From Bacteroidales bacterium (GTDB taxonomy: Bacteria > Bacteroidota > Bacteroidia > Bacteroidales > CAIWKO01), in contig DAOORA010000002.1 in the NCBI GenBank assembly GCA_035389045.1, positions 14,957-78,956 of the forward strand: DNA of 64,000 bases, read 5' to 3'. Each line of letters opens with the position of its first letter. The stretch's first letter is position 1. Position numbers and translations under genes: made by a program. Below the pieces are notes generated by a model, which was given only the letters and a program-made list of their open reading frames with translations, had not been told where the DNA came from and ran no database searches. Shown here in pieces: positions 33,340 through 44,080 of the stretch.

Positions 33340-33798
33340 ATGATCACTATAAAACAAATATCCGAAATCGTCAACGAGAAACTTCATGGCACAGAACTTT
33401 TTCTTGTGGAAGCCCATGTCGGTTCAGACAATCATATTACAGTTTTTATAGACGCGGACACTCATGTCAGCATTTCCGACTGTGCAGAACTCAGCCGTTT
33501 TATTGAATCAAAGCTTGACAGGGATAAAGAAGATTTTGAACTTGAAGTTTCCTCAGCAGGACTTGATCTGCCGATTAAACTTCACCGGCAATTTATAAAA
33601 AATATTGGCAATGATGTTAAAATTATTACACGCAGCGGAAAAAGTTTTATTGCAGCTTTGCTGGGTGCGGGCGATGATAATATAACAGTGCTGATACCTG
33701 AAAATAAAAAGAAAAAAATGCCTGAAGAACATATCGTTCTGACTCTCAGCGATATCAAAGAAGTAAAAGTGATAATAAAAATTAATAACAATAAATAA
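33340..33798 (+). CDS. rimP: Ribosome maturation factor RimP
   Basis: 152 aa, immediately upstream of nusA. The N-terminal pattern ...LVEAHVGSDNHITVFIDADTHVSISDCAELSRFIESKLD is typical of RimP. Confidence 0.8.
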   Translation: MITIKQISEIVNEKLHGTELFLVEAHVGSDNHITVFIDADTHVSISDCAELSRFIESKLDRDKEDFELEVSSAGLDLPIKLHRQFIKNIGNDVKIITRSGKSFIAALLGAGDDNITVLIPENKKKKMPEEHIVLTLSDIKEVKVIIKINNNK

Positions 33799-33809
33799 AG
33801 TATCGAATA

Positions 33810-35045
33810 ATGGAACATATCAATTTAGTTGAATCGTTTTCTGAGTTTAAAGAATTCAAAAATATTGAGCGCGAGACCATGATGCGCATACTCGAAGATG
33901 TGTTCAGACACATGCTGATAAAGAAATATGGCAGCGACGAAAATTTCGACATCATTGTAAACATCGACAAAGGGGACCTTGAAGTATGGAGGAACCGGAA
34001 GATCGTTGATGATAATGAAGTTGCCGACGAAAACAAGGAGATTGCCTATTCAGATGCCATTAAAATAGAACCCGACTTTGAAATAGGTGAAGACGTTTCA
34101 GAAGAAGTGAAACTAAAGGATTTCGGTCGCCGTGAAATATTGGCTATGAGGCAGAACCTGATCTCAAAGATCCTTGAATTTGAAAAAGACAACATCTATA
34201 AGGAGTATATTGAAAAGGTAGGACAGATTGTTACCGGCGAAGTATATCAGGTATGGAAAAAAGAAATCCTGGTGCTCGATGACGACAATATTGAGCTCAT
34301 TATTCCAAAATCAGAACAGATACCATCTGATTTTTACCGAAAGGGAGAATCGGTTCGTGCGGTAGTTTCCAAGGTTGAGATGAAAAACGGAACCCCGGTC
34401 ATCATACTTTCCCGTACTTCTCCTGTATTCCTCGAACGCCTTTTTGAAGCTGAAGTGCCCGAAGTTTTTGACGGACTGATCACCATAAAAAAAATTGTCC
34501 GCATTCCAGGCGAACGGGCAAAAGTTGCTGTTGAATCTTATGATGACCGTATTGATCCTGTCGGCGCATGCGTCGGAATGAAAGGCGCCCGCATTCATGG
34601 TATTGTACGCGAACTGCGCAACGAAAACATTGATGTCATCAATTTTACCACAAATACTTCGCTTTATATCACACGTGCTTTAAGCCCTGCCAAAGTTTCT
34701 TCCATCAAAATTGATGAAAAAAATAAAAAAGCAGATGTGTATCTCAAACCCGACCAGGTTTCCCTTGCCATCGGTAAAGGCGGATATAATATCAAACTGG
34801 CTGCAAAACTTACAGGCTATGAAATAGACGTGTACCGTGATTCTGATTCGGATTACGAGGATGTCGACCTTCAGGAGTTTTCAGATGAGATTGATGACTG
34901 GATCATCACCGAACTTAAAAATGTTGGATTCGATACGGCTAAAAGCGTTCTGGAACTCAGCGTGGAAGAATTAGTGCAACGTACCGACCTGGAAGAAGAA
35001 ACCATAAAAGAAGTAATTAAAATTTTAAAATCAGAATTTGAATAA
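33810..35045 (+). CDS. nusA: Transcription termination/antitermination factor NusA
   Basis: 411 aa. It has an S1-like region (GQIVTGEVYQV), KH domains (PGERAKVAV.S.D..IDPVGACVGMKGARI; LAIGKGGYNIKLAAKLTGYEIDV) and conserved rimP-nusA-infB synteny. Confidence 0.95.
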   Translation: MEHINLVESFSEFKEFKNIERETMMRILEDVFRHMLIKKYGSDENFDIIVNIDKGDLEVWRNRKIVDDNEVADENKEIAYSDAIKIEPDFEIGEDVSEEVKLKDFGRREILAMRQNLISKILEFEKDNIYKEYIEKVGQIVTGEVYQVWKKEILVLDDDNIELIIPKSEQIPSDFYRKGESVRAVVSKVEMKNGTPVIILSRTSPVFLERLFEAEVPEVFDGLITIKKIVRIPGERAKVAVESYDDRIDPVGACVGMKGARIHGIVRELRNENIDVINFTTNTSLYITRALSPAKVSSIKIDEKNKKADVYLKPDQVSLAIGKGGYNIKLAAKLTGYEIDVYRDSDSDYEDVDLQEFSDEIDDWIITELKNVGFDTAKSVLELSVEELVQRTDLEEETIKEVIKILKSEFE

Positions 35046-35101
35046 CATACAGAGATCAATCACTAACTGCATAAAATAAATAAAGGCCAATCAGGTAAAA
35101 T

Positions 35102-38100
35102 ATGGAAGAAACCGTAAAAACGTACCGATTAAGTAAAATTGCAAGCGAATTCAATATCTCCGTCGGGTCAATTGTAGATTTTCTTAATAAAAAAGGAATC
35201 AAAGTTGATAATAATCCGAATGCAAAAATCTCTACTGATATTTATGAAATTCTGCTAAAGGAGTATTCGACCGACAAAAAGGTAAAGGAGACATCAAAAA
35301 AGCTCGATATCGGGATGAGCCGCCACGAAACCATCACGCTCGATAGCGCAAAGGAACGCGAAAAAGAATCGGAACCAATTCAGGACAAAGAACTCTTTAT
35401 TAAAAATGTTCCGGTATCCTATCCCAAAGACACTAAACTTGCTGAAAAGAAAGAAGAGCCGGTAAAAAAACAGCCCGAACCAATCAAAGAAAAAACTGAA
35501 CAAGAAGTCAAAATAACGCCGGAAAAAGAAGATAAAAAAATTGTAAAACCACCGGTCGCAGAACCTGAAGAAACCGAAGATCCCTCAACAATCAAAGGCC
35601 CCAGGGTAGTGGGTAAAATTGATCTTGATAAAGTAAACGATAAAAAACCATCGAAAAAAACCAAAGAAGAAATCCAGGAGGAAACGAAAGAAAAAAACAG
35701 GAAAACAAAGAAACAAAAAACGGAAACAACCGAGGAAGTAAAGGAACCCACTGAAGAAAAAAAGGCAACAAAAAAAACTAAAAAAACTGAACTTCCTATT
35801 GAACTAAAGCCTGTGCCAGAGTCAGAACCAGAACCGAAATCAGATAAGGATACTAAAGAAGAAGTAGTTGAAAAAGAAGTAAAAGAAGAAACATCTGTCA
35901 TTATTGAAGATACCCCAACTCCCCCTGTCAAGGAAGAAACAAAAGAAAAGGAAATCGATAATTTTATTGCTACCCAGTATACAGTGCTTACCGGACCTAA
36001 AATTATTGGTAAAATTGAATTGTCTGAAAAGCCGCCGGCACAGAAACAACCGATTGCAACTTCTTATGACAAGGTGTCCGACAGAAAGCGACAGCGAAAA
36101 CGAATTAAAAAAGACACTCCCCCTGCAGAAAACCATGGCCAAACTGCAAAGCACAGTGGTTCTGGGGGCTCTTCCATAGCTGACAAGTTGCACAAGCAGG
36201 GAAAGGTTCATAAAGGTAAAGTTGTTGAACGGCCGGAAGTTTCGGATGAAGAAATTCAGAAACAAATTCGTGAAACACTGGCACGCCTGAGTACCCCTGC
36301 TAAATCAAAAGCATCAAAATACCGCCGACAGAAAAGAGACCTTGTCCAGCATCATATCGAAGAAGAACAGATGAAGCTGGAAGAAGAAAAGAAAATCCTT
36401 AAAGTTACAGAATTTGTCACAGTGAGCGAAATAGCTCAACTGATGAATGTTCCCGTCACTGAAATCATTTCCACATGTATGAGTCTGGGGTTGTTTGTTT
36501 CGATCAATCAACGCCTTGATGCAGAAGTGTTATCCATTGTAGCCGAAGAATTTGGTTATAAAACTGAATTTATCAGCACTGAACTGGAAGAAGCTATTCA
36601 TACTGAAAAAGATGCTCCGGATCAACTCACAGAACGGCATCCTATTGTCACGGTAATGGGACATGTGGACCACGGAAAAACATTGTTGCTCGATTATATC
36701 AGAAATTCCAATGTTATCGCAGGTGAGGCCGGTGGTATAACACAACATATAGGCGCCTACGAAGTGACACTCGACAACGGAAAAAAAATAACATTCCTCG
36801 ACACCCCTGGCCACGAAGCTTTTACTGCCATGCGTGCACGCGGAGCAAAAGTCACCGATATTGCCATCATCGTCATTGCTGCTGACGATAGCATAATGCC
36901 ACAGACCGTTGAGGCAATCAACCATGCTCAGGCAGCAAAAGTTCCCATCATATTTGCCATCAACAAAATTGATAAACCAACGGCCAATCCCGAAAAGATC
37001 AAAGAAGCTTTAGCAGCCATGAATATGTTGGTTGAAGACTGGGGTGGCAAATATCAATGCCAGGAAATATCCGCAAAAAAGGGGATCAATATTGATAAAC
37101 TCCTCGAAAAAATATTGCTCGAAGCTGAAATGCTTGAGCTAAAAGCAAATCCCAACCGTGATGCATACGGTACCGTTTTGGAATCATCGCTTGAAAAAGG
37201 CCGTGGTTACGTAGCCAAGCTCCTTATGCTTAACGGGACTTTGCGCGTGGGGGACATGGTCCTTGCCGGATCAAGCTATGGCAGGGTAAAAGCCATGTAT
37301 AATGAACGAAATTTAATTGTCGAAAATGCAGGACCAGCCACACCATTGCTACTGCTGGGGCTTAACGGTGCCCCCCAGGCCGGCGATTCTTTTGCCGTAA
37401 TGCAGGACGAACGCGAAGCCAAAGAAATCGCAAACAAGCGGTTTCAACTGCAGCGCGAACAAAACATCCGCACACACAAGCATATCACCCTCGACGAAAT
37501 TGGCCGACGTATTGCCATCGGAGATTTTAAAGAACTTAACATCATTGTGAAAGGAGATGTTGACGGTTCGATAGAGGCCTTATCCGACTCGCTGCTCAAA
37601 CTTTCCAATGAGGAAGTCCAGGTTAATGTTATCCACAAGTCTGTCGGGCAGATTACCGAATCAGACGTTTTACTGGCATCGGCTTCCAATGCAATCATCA
37701 TTGGGTTCCAGGTACGCCCGTCACTCAGCGCCCGCAAACTTGCAGAACACGAACAAATAGATATCCGCCTTTACTCCATCATTTATACCGCCATCAATGA
37801 GATTACTTCTGCTATCGAAGGTATGCTGTCGCCTGAAATCGAAGAAAAAATTGTCTGTAACCTTGAAGTAAAAGAAGTATTCAAAATCTCAAAAATAGGC
37901 ACTATCGCCGGTTGCCAGTGCCTCGACGGTAAAATCGGAAGAAACACATTAGTCAGGATCATCCGCAATGGCATTGTGGTATATTCCGGAAAACTCGGCT
38001 CTTTGAAACGTTTTAAAGATGATGTCAAGGAGGTATTCGCCGGACAGGAATGCGGACTGAATATCGAAAACTTCAACGATATTAAAGTGGAGGATATTAT

Positions 38101-38143
38101 CGAAGGTTACGAACAAACTGAAGTCAAAAGAAAACTTGGATAA
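35102..38143 (+). CDS. infB: Translation initiation factor IF-2
   Basis: 1013 aa. A long K/E/P-rich N-terminal region is followed by a GTPase domain with [16 protein letters not shown] (G1), DTPGHEAF (G3) and NKIDK (G4). Confidence 0.95.
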   Translation: MEETVKTYRLSKIASEFNISVGSIVDFLNKKGIKVDNNPNAKISTDIYEILLKEYSTDKKVKETSKKLDIGMSRHETITLDSAKEREKESEPIQDKELFIKNVPVSYPKDTKLAEKKEEPVKKQPEPIKEKTEQEVKITPEKEDKKIVKPPVAEPEETEDPSTIKGPRVVGKIDLDKVNDKKPSKKTKEEIQEETKEKNRKTKKQKTETTEEVKEPTEEKKATKKTKKTELPIELKPVPESEPEPKSDKDTKEEVVEKEVKEETSVIIEDTPTPPVKEETKEKEIDNFIATQYTVLTGPKIIGKIELSEKPPAQKQPIATSYDKVSDRKRQRKRIKKDTPPAENHGQTAKHSGSGGSSIADKLHKQGKVHKGKVVERPEVSDEEIQKQIRETLARLSTPAKSKASKYRRQKRDLVQHHIEEEQMKLEEEKKILKVTEFVTVSEIAQLMNVPVTEIISTCMSLGLFVSINQRLDAEVLSIVAEEFGYKTEFISTELEEAIHTEKDAPDQLTERHPIVTVMGHVDHGKTLLLDYIRNSNVIAGEAGGITQHIGAYEVTLDNGKKITFLDTPGHEAFTAMRARGAKVTDIAIIVIAADDSIMPQTVEAINHAQAAKVPIIFAINKIDKPTANPEKIKEALAAMNMLVEDWGGKYQCQEISAKKGINIDKLLEKILLEAEMLELKANPNRDAYGTVLESSLEKGRGYVAKLLMLNGTLRVGDMVLAGSSYGRVKAMYNERNLIVENAGPATPLLLLGLNGAPQAGDSFAVMQDEREAKEIANKRFQLQREQNIRTHKHITLDEIGRRIAIGDFKELNIIVKGDVDGSIEALSDSLLKLSNEEVQVNVIHKSVGQITESDVLLASASNAIIIGFQVRPSLSARKLAEHEQIDIRLYSIIYTAINEITSAIEGMLSPEIEEKIVCNLEVKEVFKISKIGTIAGCQCLDGKIGRNTLVRIIRNGIVVYSGKLGSLKRFKDDVKEVFAGQECGLNIENFNDIKVEDIIEGYEQTEVKRKLG

Positions 38144-38183
38144 AACCCTGTTTCCCTAATCACTTTTTTTCATGCTTAAAGCA

Positions 38184-38220
38184 AAAGAGGCGGTCATAAA
38201 AAGGCTGCCTCTTTTGTTTA
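38184..38220. terminator. Rho-independent-type hairpin between convergent infB and slyD
   Basis: AAAGAGGC ... GCCTCTTT stem followed by TGTTT, and preceded by an A-run usable on the opposite strand. Confidence 0.5.
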
Positions 38221-38255
38221 CAGGTATCGTATTGATGGCTATTAAACCGAAATTA

Positions 38256-38780
38256 TCATCCACCACAACAACAACTGTCACCATGGTCGTGATGCCCATG
38301 ACTGTTCCGTTGAATAATCTCCTCTTCTGACGGATTGCGAATACCAATGATCTTGCCGGTAAAATGAAGATTCTTGCCGGCCAGCGGATGATTGAAATCT
38401 ATGATAACGTCCGTGTCTTTAATCTCTTTTATCATTCCGTTTAAAACCTGACCGCTTTCATTACGCATCGGGATTATATTTCCAACCTCACACAATTCTG
38501 TATCGAGTTTCCCGTCCCTGAAAAACATGTCAACAGGCAGTTCAGCTAACCCATTTTCATCAAATTCGCCATAGGCATCGGCAGCAGCTACGCTGAACGA
38601 AAAAGTATCTCCTGTTTGCAGATTAAGTATGTTACTTTCAAAACCCGGGATCAAATTATCAACACCAAAAAGAAAAACCAGAGGCCCTTCTTCTCCTGTT
38701 TCTTCAATAAGTGATCCTTGTTCATCATTTTCTGTGAGCCGGTAAGTAAGAGAAACCATTTTGTTTTTTTCGACTTTCAT
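38256..38780 (-). CDS. slyD: FKBP-type peptidyl-prolyl isomerase SlyD with a His/Cys-rich metal-binding tail
   Basis: The start is trimmed to MKVEKNKMVSLTYRL (Met-25 of the track ORF). SlyD-type features are present: LVFLFGVDNLIPGFE, IIDFNHPLAGKNLHF, and the C-terminal tail HGHHDHGDSCCCGG. Confidence 0.8.
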   Translation of the reverse strand: MKVEKNKMVSLTYRLTENDEQGSLIEETGEEGPLVFLFGVDNLIPGFESNILNLQTGDTFSFSVAAADAYGEFDENGLAELPVDMFFRDGKLDTELCEVGNIIPMRNESGQVLNGMIKEIKDTDVIIDFNHPLAGKNLHFTGKIIGIRNPSEEEIIQRNSHGHHDHGDSCCCGG

Positions 38781-38951
38781 TTTTGTACCTTTTAGGGCGC
38801 AAAGGTAATGTTTATATGATGTCAGGTATGAATTAATTTTGTTTCTTATCATTACCGGAAAATACTTAAAAATAAATTTTTACGTTTGCTTTTCGCTATT
38901 TTGCCAGAAACATAAGCCTTTTACATTAAAATATTTGTATTTTTGCACCTT

Positions 38952-39992
38952 ATGAAACTACTAAACACCATCAGGATTGTATTGTTTTTGATGATCGTAA
39001 TGATCAGTTCAAAGGGCTTTACACAAAGACTATCGGGGGTTCCATCAATGGGTCCCAAACAGCAGATACTGTATGTTTCCAAAACACCAAATGACACACT
39101 TTTACCCGGCAACCTGCCTTACCTGGTAACTCCTGAATATGTATTGCTTCCTTCGACTAACGGAGGTTATGTATTAGGCACTAACGGCTGGAACGATAAA
39201 TGCAAATGCCAGCAGTTTAAGGTCAGTTATTATTATCATATCGAAGGAGCCATTTACTGGTTTGGTTACAAAAAGGCCGATTCTGCCGGATTGGTAAGGT
39301 TTGCTATCTGGAATATGGATAGTGTCAGAGGCACCACGTACAACTATGCTGATTCTGCAATACATACCGGCCAGAATTGTCCGGGGACCATAATTCTGGC
39401 TGTTACGGACACCACCACTAACATTGACACTTCTTCCTCATACAGCCAGGCTCATATTGTTATGTTTCCATTCCCTGTTCTCGTAACATCTGATTATTGT
39501 ATCGGGTTTGACATGAGTAAAACCGGGGCGGATTCCATTGCACTGATGAGCACCAACAAAGGCCAGGGCGGCAAACTTCAATTAGTATGGGAACAATGGT
39601 CATCAAACAATAAATGGTACACGCTGCAGGGAGCTCAATGGGACGGGGATACCCTGGATATTGATGCCATGATCTTTCCCATTATTGATAATACGGTAGG
39701 CTGTATAGAAAACGGTGAATTTATATCGGGAGTAAAACTCAGTCAGTCCTACCCCAACCCCGTTGCCGGGCAATGCACTATAACCTACGAACTCGCCGAT
39801 CCTCAATCATCTGTTACACTTCGTATTTTAAATATTCAGGGCAAACAGGTTTACTTCAGCAAAGAACCCGAAAAGTCTCGGGGGATACACCAGGTGACGG
39901 TTGATGTTTCAAATCTGGCAGACGGAACGTATTTCTACGTTTTGTCAACCGACGGAGCTCATATTGCAAAAAAAATGTGCGTCAACAAATAA
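38952..39992 (+). CDS. Secreted protein with a T9SS (Por) C-terminal sorting domain
   Basis: Signal peptide MKLLNTIRIVLFLMIVMISSKGFT. The C-terminal ~80 aa (LSQSYPNPVAGQCTITYEL...LRILNIQGKQV...LADGTYFYVLSTDG) match the T9SS type A sorting-domain pattern. Confidence 0.65.
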   Translation: MKLLNTIRIVLFLMIVMISSKGFTQRLSGVPSMGPKQQILYVSKTPNDTLLPGNLPYLVTPEYVLLPSTNGGYVLGTNGWNDKCKCQQFKVSYYYHIEGAIYWFGYKKADSAGLVRFAIWNMDSVRGTTYNYADSAIHTGQNCPGTIILAVTDTTTNIDTSSSYSQAHIVMFPFPVLVTSDYCIGFDMSKTGADSIALMSTNKGQGGKLQLVWEQWSSNNKWYTLQGAQWDGDTLDIDAMIFPIIDNTVGCIENGEFISGVKLSQSYPNPVAGQCTITYELADPQSSVTLRILNIQGKQVYFSKEPEKSRGIHQVTVDVSNLADGTYFYVLSTDGAHIAKKMCVNK

Positions 39993-40062
39993 AGAAATAA
40001 TCAGGTTTTCAATCCTTCAGCAGTATCGTTTGTGTTCTTCATATTTTTTTAATCACCATCAT

Positions 40063-40692
40063 ATGCTGAAAAATATCTTTCTTTTACTGTTTATTTATCT
40101 TGGGACTTGGGTTACCGGATCAGAATATCATATAAAAACGTTAAATGTGAAAAATTATACTGAATTGGACACCGCCACTTTTGGCGGGGGGTGCTTCTGG
40201 TGCATTGAAGCTATTTTTGAACAGGTGAATGGTGTGAAACAAGTGGTATCGGGCTATGCGGGAGGCCACACCATTAATCCCACATATAAGCAGGTATGCA
40301 CCGGAGAAACCGGCCATGCTGAAGTATGTCAGATTACCTTTGATAAGAAAATAATAAGCTACCAGGAGCTGCTGCTGATCTTTTTTTCTTCTCACGACCC
40401 CACTACCCCTGGCAGACAAGGTGCCGATATAGGAACACAGTACAGATCTGTAATATTTTACCATGATACGCAACAAAAAAATATTGCGGAAAACTTCATG
40501 AATGTATTCAACGAACAAAAAGTGTTTGACAACCCTTTAGTTACAGAACTCAAAACTTACACAACTTTTTATCCGGCCGAAAATTACCATCAGCAATACT
40601 TTGATAACAATTCATCACAACCCTATTGCAGGATTGTTATCGCCCCCAAGCTGGAAAAAATAAAAAAAGAATTAGCCAGGTATCTGAAATAA
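40063..40692 (+). CDS. msrA: Peptide methionine (S)-S-oxide reductase MsrA, with an N-terminal signal-like segment
   Basis: Catalytic motif ATFGGGCFWCIEAIF, plus GHAEVCQITFD and GTQYRSVIFY. The start is trimmed to MLKNIFLLLFIYLG (Met-55 of the track ORF). Confidence 0.9.
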   Translation: MLKNIFLLLFIYLGTWVTGSEYHIKTLNVKNYTELDTATFGGGCFWCIEAIFEQVNGVKQVVSGYAGGHTINPTYKQVCTGETGHAEVCQITFDKKIISYQELLLIFFSSHDPTTPGRQGADIGTQYRSVIFYHDTQQKNIAENFMNVFNEQKVFDNPLVTELKTYTTFYPAENYHQQYFDNNSSQPYCRIVIAPKLEKIKKELARYLK

Positions 40693-40884
40693 AACGGATA
40701 AACACCCCCTTTTCCACAGTATCCTTGATTAATATTGCTGAATGGACAGCAAATAACCTGAAAACGTCCGATTGTTTTTATTCCCCTGAGTTTTCTATCA
40801 CAGGTACAGAACAAACCCTTCAGATTTGCCCCGTACAAGAATAATAGCGTTAACTTGCTGTGTTTTAAATACTATAAGCAGGTT

Positions 40885-43770
40885 TTATTCCCCGCTGACG
40901 TCCGTTTGCTGGCAAACACAAACCAGGTTTCTGTCGCCAGAAGCATCATCAATGCGGGTTACCGTTGGCCAGTATTTATCATTGGATGACCAGGACATCG
41001 GAAAGGCTGCTTTCATCCGGCTGTAAGGCAGGTTCCATTCATCGGTGGCAATCATTTCGGCAGTATGGGGCGCCTTTTTAATAATGTTTACGACCTTGTC
41101 TGCTTTGCCTTCCGCAATTTCATCGATCTCTTTCCTAATAACGATCAGCGCCTCCACGAGGCGGTTCAGTTCATAAAATGGTTCGCTTTCGGTGGGTTCA
41201 ACCATTAGCGTTCCATGAACGGGAAATGCAACTGTAGGTGCATGAAAACCGTAATCCATAAGGCGTTTAGCAATATCTATTGCGCTAATACCCGTCTGAT
41301 GGTCGATCTCATTACAGTCGAGTATCATTTCATGGGCAACCCGCCCTTTTGAGCCAGTATAAAGCACTGGATAGTGTTCTTCAAGACATGATTTCAGGTA
41401 GTTGGCATTCAGTATGGCAAAACGTGTCGCTTCGGCAAGTCCCGCCCCACCCATTAGCTTTATATAGGCATACGAAATAGTAAGTATCAATGCGCTTCCG
41501 AAAGGCGCCGAAGAGACTGCCGTTATACCGTTCGGACTGTTCAGGCAATTACAGAATACGTGCTGCGGTAAAAACTCCACAAGATGTTTGGCCACCCCTA
41601 TAGGACCTGCTCCGGGGCCGCCGCCACCGTGAGGAATAGCAAATGTTTTATGAAGGTTCAGATGACACACATCGGCACCGATGCGTGCAGGACTTGTAAA
41701 GCCCACCTGCGCGTTCATATTGGCGCCATCCATGTATACCTGTCCTCCATTCTGATGAATAATATCAACAATTTCAAGAATATTTTCCTCAAACACCCCA
41801 TGGGTCGAAGGATAGGTTACCATCAATGCGGCAAGTGTTTCCTTATATTGATTTGCCTTTTCACGAAGGTCATTGGTATCAATGTTTCCATGCTCATCAC
41901 ATTTCACAACAACAACTTTAAATCCTGCCATTACAGCGCTAGCAGGATTGGTGCCATGTGCCGAAGCCGGTATCAGAACCACATCGCGCTGCTGCTGCCC
42001 CCGTGTTATATTATACTGACGGATCACCATAAGTCCGGCATATTCGCCGGCAGCACCCGAATTAGGCTGGAATGAAATAGCCGAAAAGCCCGTAATCTCA
42101 CAAAGGGCTTTTTCCAGTTCTTTAATCATAAAGTAATACCCTTCCGCCTGATCGGCAGGAACAAAAGGATGCATGTTGCCAAATTCCGGCCAACTCAGTG
42201 CAAACATTTCAGCACCCGCATTCAGCTTCATGGTGCACGATCCCAGAGGTATCATAGCACGGTTTAACGATAGATCCTTCACCTCAAGTTTTTTTATGTA
42301 ACGCATCATCTCCGTTTCGGAATGATAAGAGTTGAAAACAGGATGTGTAAGGTATGCAGAGGTTCGTAACAACCCGGAAGGCATCGTGGAAATTTCAGCA
42401 CATTTGTTTATTTCGTATTCATAAGGTGTGAACGCCTGTTTATTAGCGCCCGCAAAGATGGATAACAAAACATTAATATCGTTAAGTGTGGTGACTTCAT
42501 CAACAGAAATTCCGATACTTTTTTCATCTATATACCTTAAGTTGATATTTTTTTCCAGTGCCGCAGTACGAATATCTATGATACTCACTTTGTCGGGCAG
42601 GGTAACTTTTATTGTATCAAAGAAATATTTATTCTCCTGTGTATACCCGTATTTAGTAAGTTCTGAAGCCAGAATACCTGCCATAACATTAATATCGCGG
42701 GCAATTTCATAAAGGCCTTTTGGCCCGTGATAAACAGCGTACATTCCTGACATGATAGCAAGCAAAGCCTGAGCTGTACAGATATTTGATGTAGCACGTT
42801 CGCGTTTTATATGTTGCTCGCGTGTTTGCAAAGCCATGCGAAGCGCCCTGTTACCATTGGCATCCACCGAAACACCGATAATACGGCCCGGAATGTTACG
42901 TTTGAATTTCTCGTTCACTGCAAAAAAACCGGCATGAGGCCCACCGAAGCCCATGGGTAATCCGAAACGCTGCGTAGAACCCAGGACAGCATCAGCACCC
43001 CATTCACCCGGAGGTGTGAGCATGGTGAGTGATAACAGATCAGCAGTAACAGCCACAGCAATATTTAACGAATGAGCATGATTTACAAATTCAGCATAAT
43101 TATGAACATTACCACAGGAAGTCGGATATTGAATAATAGCCCCGAAATAAGTATTATCAAGGCTTATTTCTTCATGGTTTCCAATAATAATCTCAATTCC
43201 AAAAGGTTTTGAACGTGTTTTCAGCACCTCGCGTGTATGAGGAAAAACACACTTGGATACAAAAACCTTGTTTGAATTGTTTTTAACCTGCTCACGGCTG
43301 CGCGCATTATAAAACATGATCATGGCTTCAGCGGCAGCAGTTCCCTCATCCAGCAGTGAGGCATTGGCTATCGGCATGGCTGTCAGGTCGGAAACTACAG
43401 TCTGAAAATTCAGCAGCGCCTCTAAACGCCCCTGTGATATTTCAGCCTGATAGGGCGTGTAAGATGTGTACCACCCGGGATTCTCAAGGATATTTCTCGT
43501 AATGACACCCGGAATTATTGTACCATAATAACCCAGCCCAATGTAACTCTTATAAAGTCTGTTCCGGCCTGCAATTTCCTTCAGGTGATTCAGAAATTCA
43601 TATTCGTTCATTCCCGAAGGAAGATTCAGCGGTTGTGATAAACGAATAGACCGGGGAATGGTCTGGTCAATAAGTTCGTCAATGGATGCAACCCCGATTC
43701 TTTGCAGCATTTGTTCAATTTCTTTGCCCCGCGGCCCGTTATGGCGGCTCATAAAATTATTGGTAATCAT
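40885..43770 (-). CDS. gcvP: Glycine dehydrogenase (decarboxylating), single-chain P protein
   Basis: 961 aa, the full-length GcvP size. Conserved blocks: YIGLGYYGT, YTPYQAEISQGRLEALLNFQT, CHLNLHKTFAIPHGGGGPG (PLP-lysine region) and HAPTVAFPV.GTLMVEPTESE. Confidence 0.95.
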   Translation of the reverse strand: MITNNFMSRHNGPRGKEIEQMLQRIGVASIDELIDQTIPRSIRLSQPLNLPSGMNEYEFLNHLKEIAGRNRLYKSYIGLGYYGTIIPGVITRNILENPGWYTSYTPYQAEISQGRLEALLNFQTVVSDLTAMPIANASLLDEGTAAAEAMIMFYNARSREQVKNNSNKVFVSKCVFPHTREVLKTRSKPFGIEIIIGNHEEISLDNTYFGAIIQYPTSCGNVHNYAEFVNHAHSLNIAVAVTADLLSLTMLTPPGEWGADAVLGSTQRFGLPMGFGGPHAGFFAVNEKFKRNIPGRIIGVSVDANGNRALRMALQTREQHIKRERATSNICTAQALLAIMSGMYAVYHGPKGLYEIARDINVMAGILASELTKYGYTQENKYFFDTIKVTLPDKVSIIDIRTAALEKNINLRYIDEKSIGISVDEVTTLNDINVLLSIFAGANKQAFTPYEYEINKCAEISTMPSGLLRTSAYLTHPVFNSYHSETEMMRYIKKLEVKDLSLNRAMIPLGSCTMKLNAGAEMFALSWPEFGNMHPFVPADQAEGYYFMIKELEKALCEITGFSAISFQPNSGAAGEYAGLMVIRQYNITRGQQQRDVVLIPASAHGTNPASAVMAGFKVVVVKCDEHGNIDTNDLREKANQYKETLAALMVTYPSTHGVFEENILEIVDIIHQNGGQVYMDGANMNAQVGFTSPARIGADVCHLNLHKTFAIPHGGGGPGAGPIGVAKHLVEFLPQHVFCNCLNSPNGITAVSSAPFGSALILTISYAYIKLMGGAGLAEATRFAILNANYLKSCLEEHYPVLYTGSKGRVAHEMILDCNEIDHQTGISAIDIAKRLMDYGFHAPTVAFPVHGTLMVEPTESEPFYELNRLVEALIVIRKEIDEIAEGKADKVVNIIKKAPHTAEMIATDEWNLPYSRMKAAFPMSWSSNDKYWPTVTRIDDASGDRNLVCVCQQTDVSGE

Positions 43771-44080
43771 ATTTTTTTTGAAATTAATTTGGTTTGGTCA
43801 ATATTTAAAGGGTACAAAACCTTCAATCATTTGAAATAATTCACAAAACTCAATTATAGCTCACTCTGTATCAATATTATACATCGGGAAACTGAATTAA
43901 CTCCACCTGTTTAGCGATACTATCCGGGGCGCAAAGATAGCAAACACATATTAAAAACAAAACAATGAACATTTTAATTTTAATTGAAATCTATTTTGGA
44001 GAAGTTTGATTATAGTAAAATCAAAAAATTTTTATAATGAATTTCCTATTACTTTTGCAGTTTAATTCCAATGAACTATT

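Noticed and set aside
35419-36265. 170-aa and 141-aa minus-strand ORFs within infB
   Set aside because: They mirror the K/E/P-rich low-complexity N-terminal region of IF-2. Their S/F/V-rich translations are typical antisense artefacts.
38156-38347. 63-aa minus-strand ORF between infB and slyD
   Set aside because: It covers the intergenic terminator hairpin and the slyD 3' end in another frame, so it is not credible.
39901-40062. N-terminal extensions of track ORFs (msrA from 39901, slyD to 38852, ABC ATPase from 47425, DUF262 to 15301, TPR gene to 5276)
   Set aside because: The extensions overlap upstream genes or AT-rich leaders and lack homology-like sequence. Internal Met codons give N-termini typical of each family.
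43771-44080. Possible glycine riboswitch in the ~150-nt leader between a TATCTTTG promoter-like motif (minus strand, ~43932-43939) and the gcvP start
   Set aside because: The conserved glycine-riboswitch cores (GGAGAG ... ACCGAAGGGGCAA ... CTCAGGCAAAAGGAC) are not recognisable by eye. A covariance-model scan (Rfam Glycine) would settle this.
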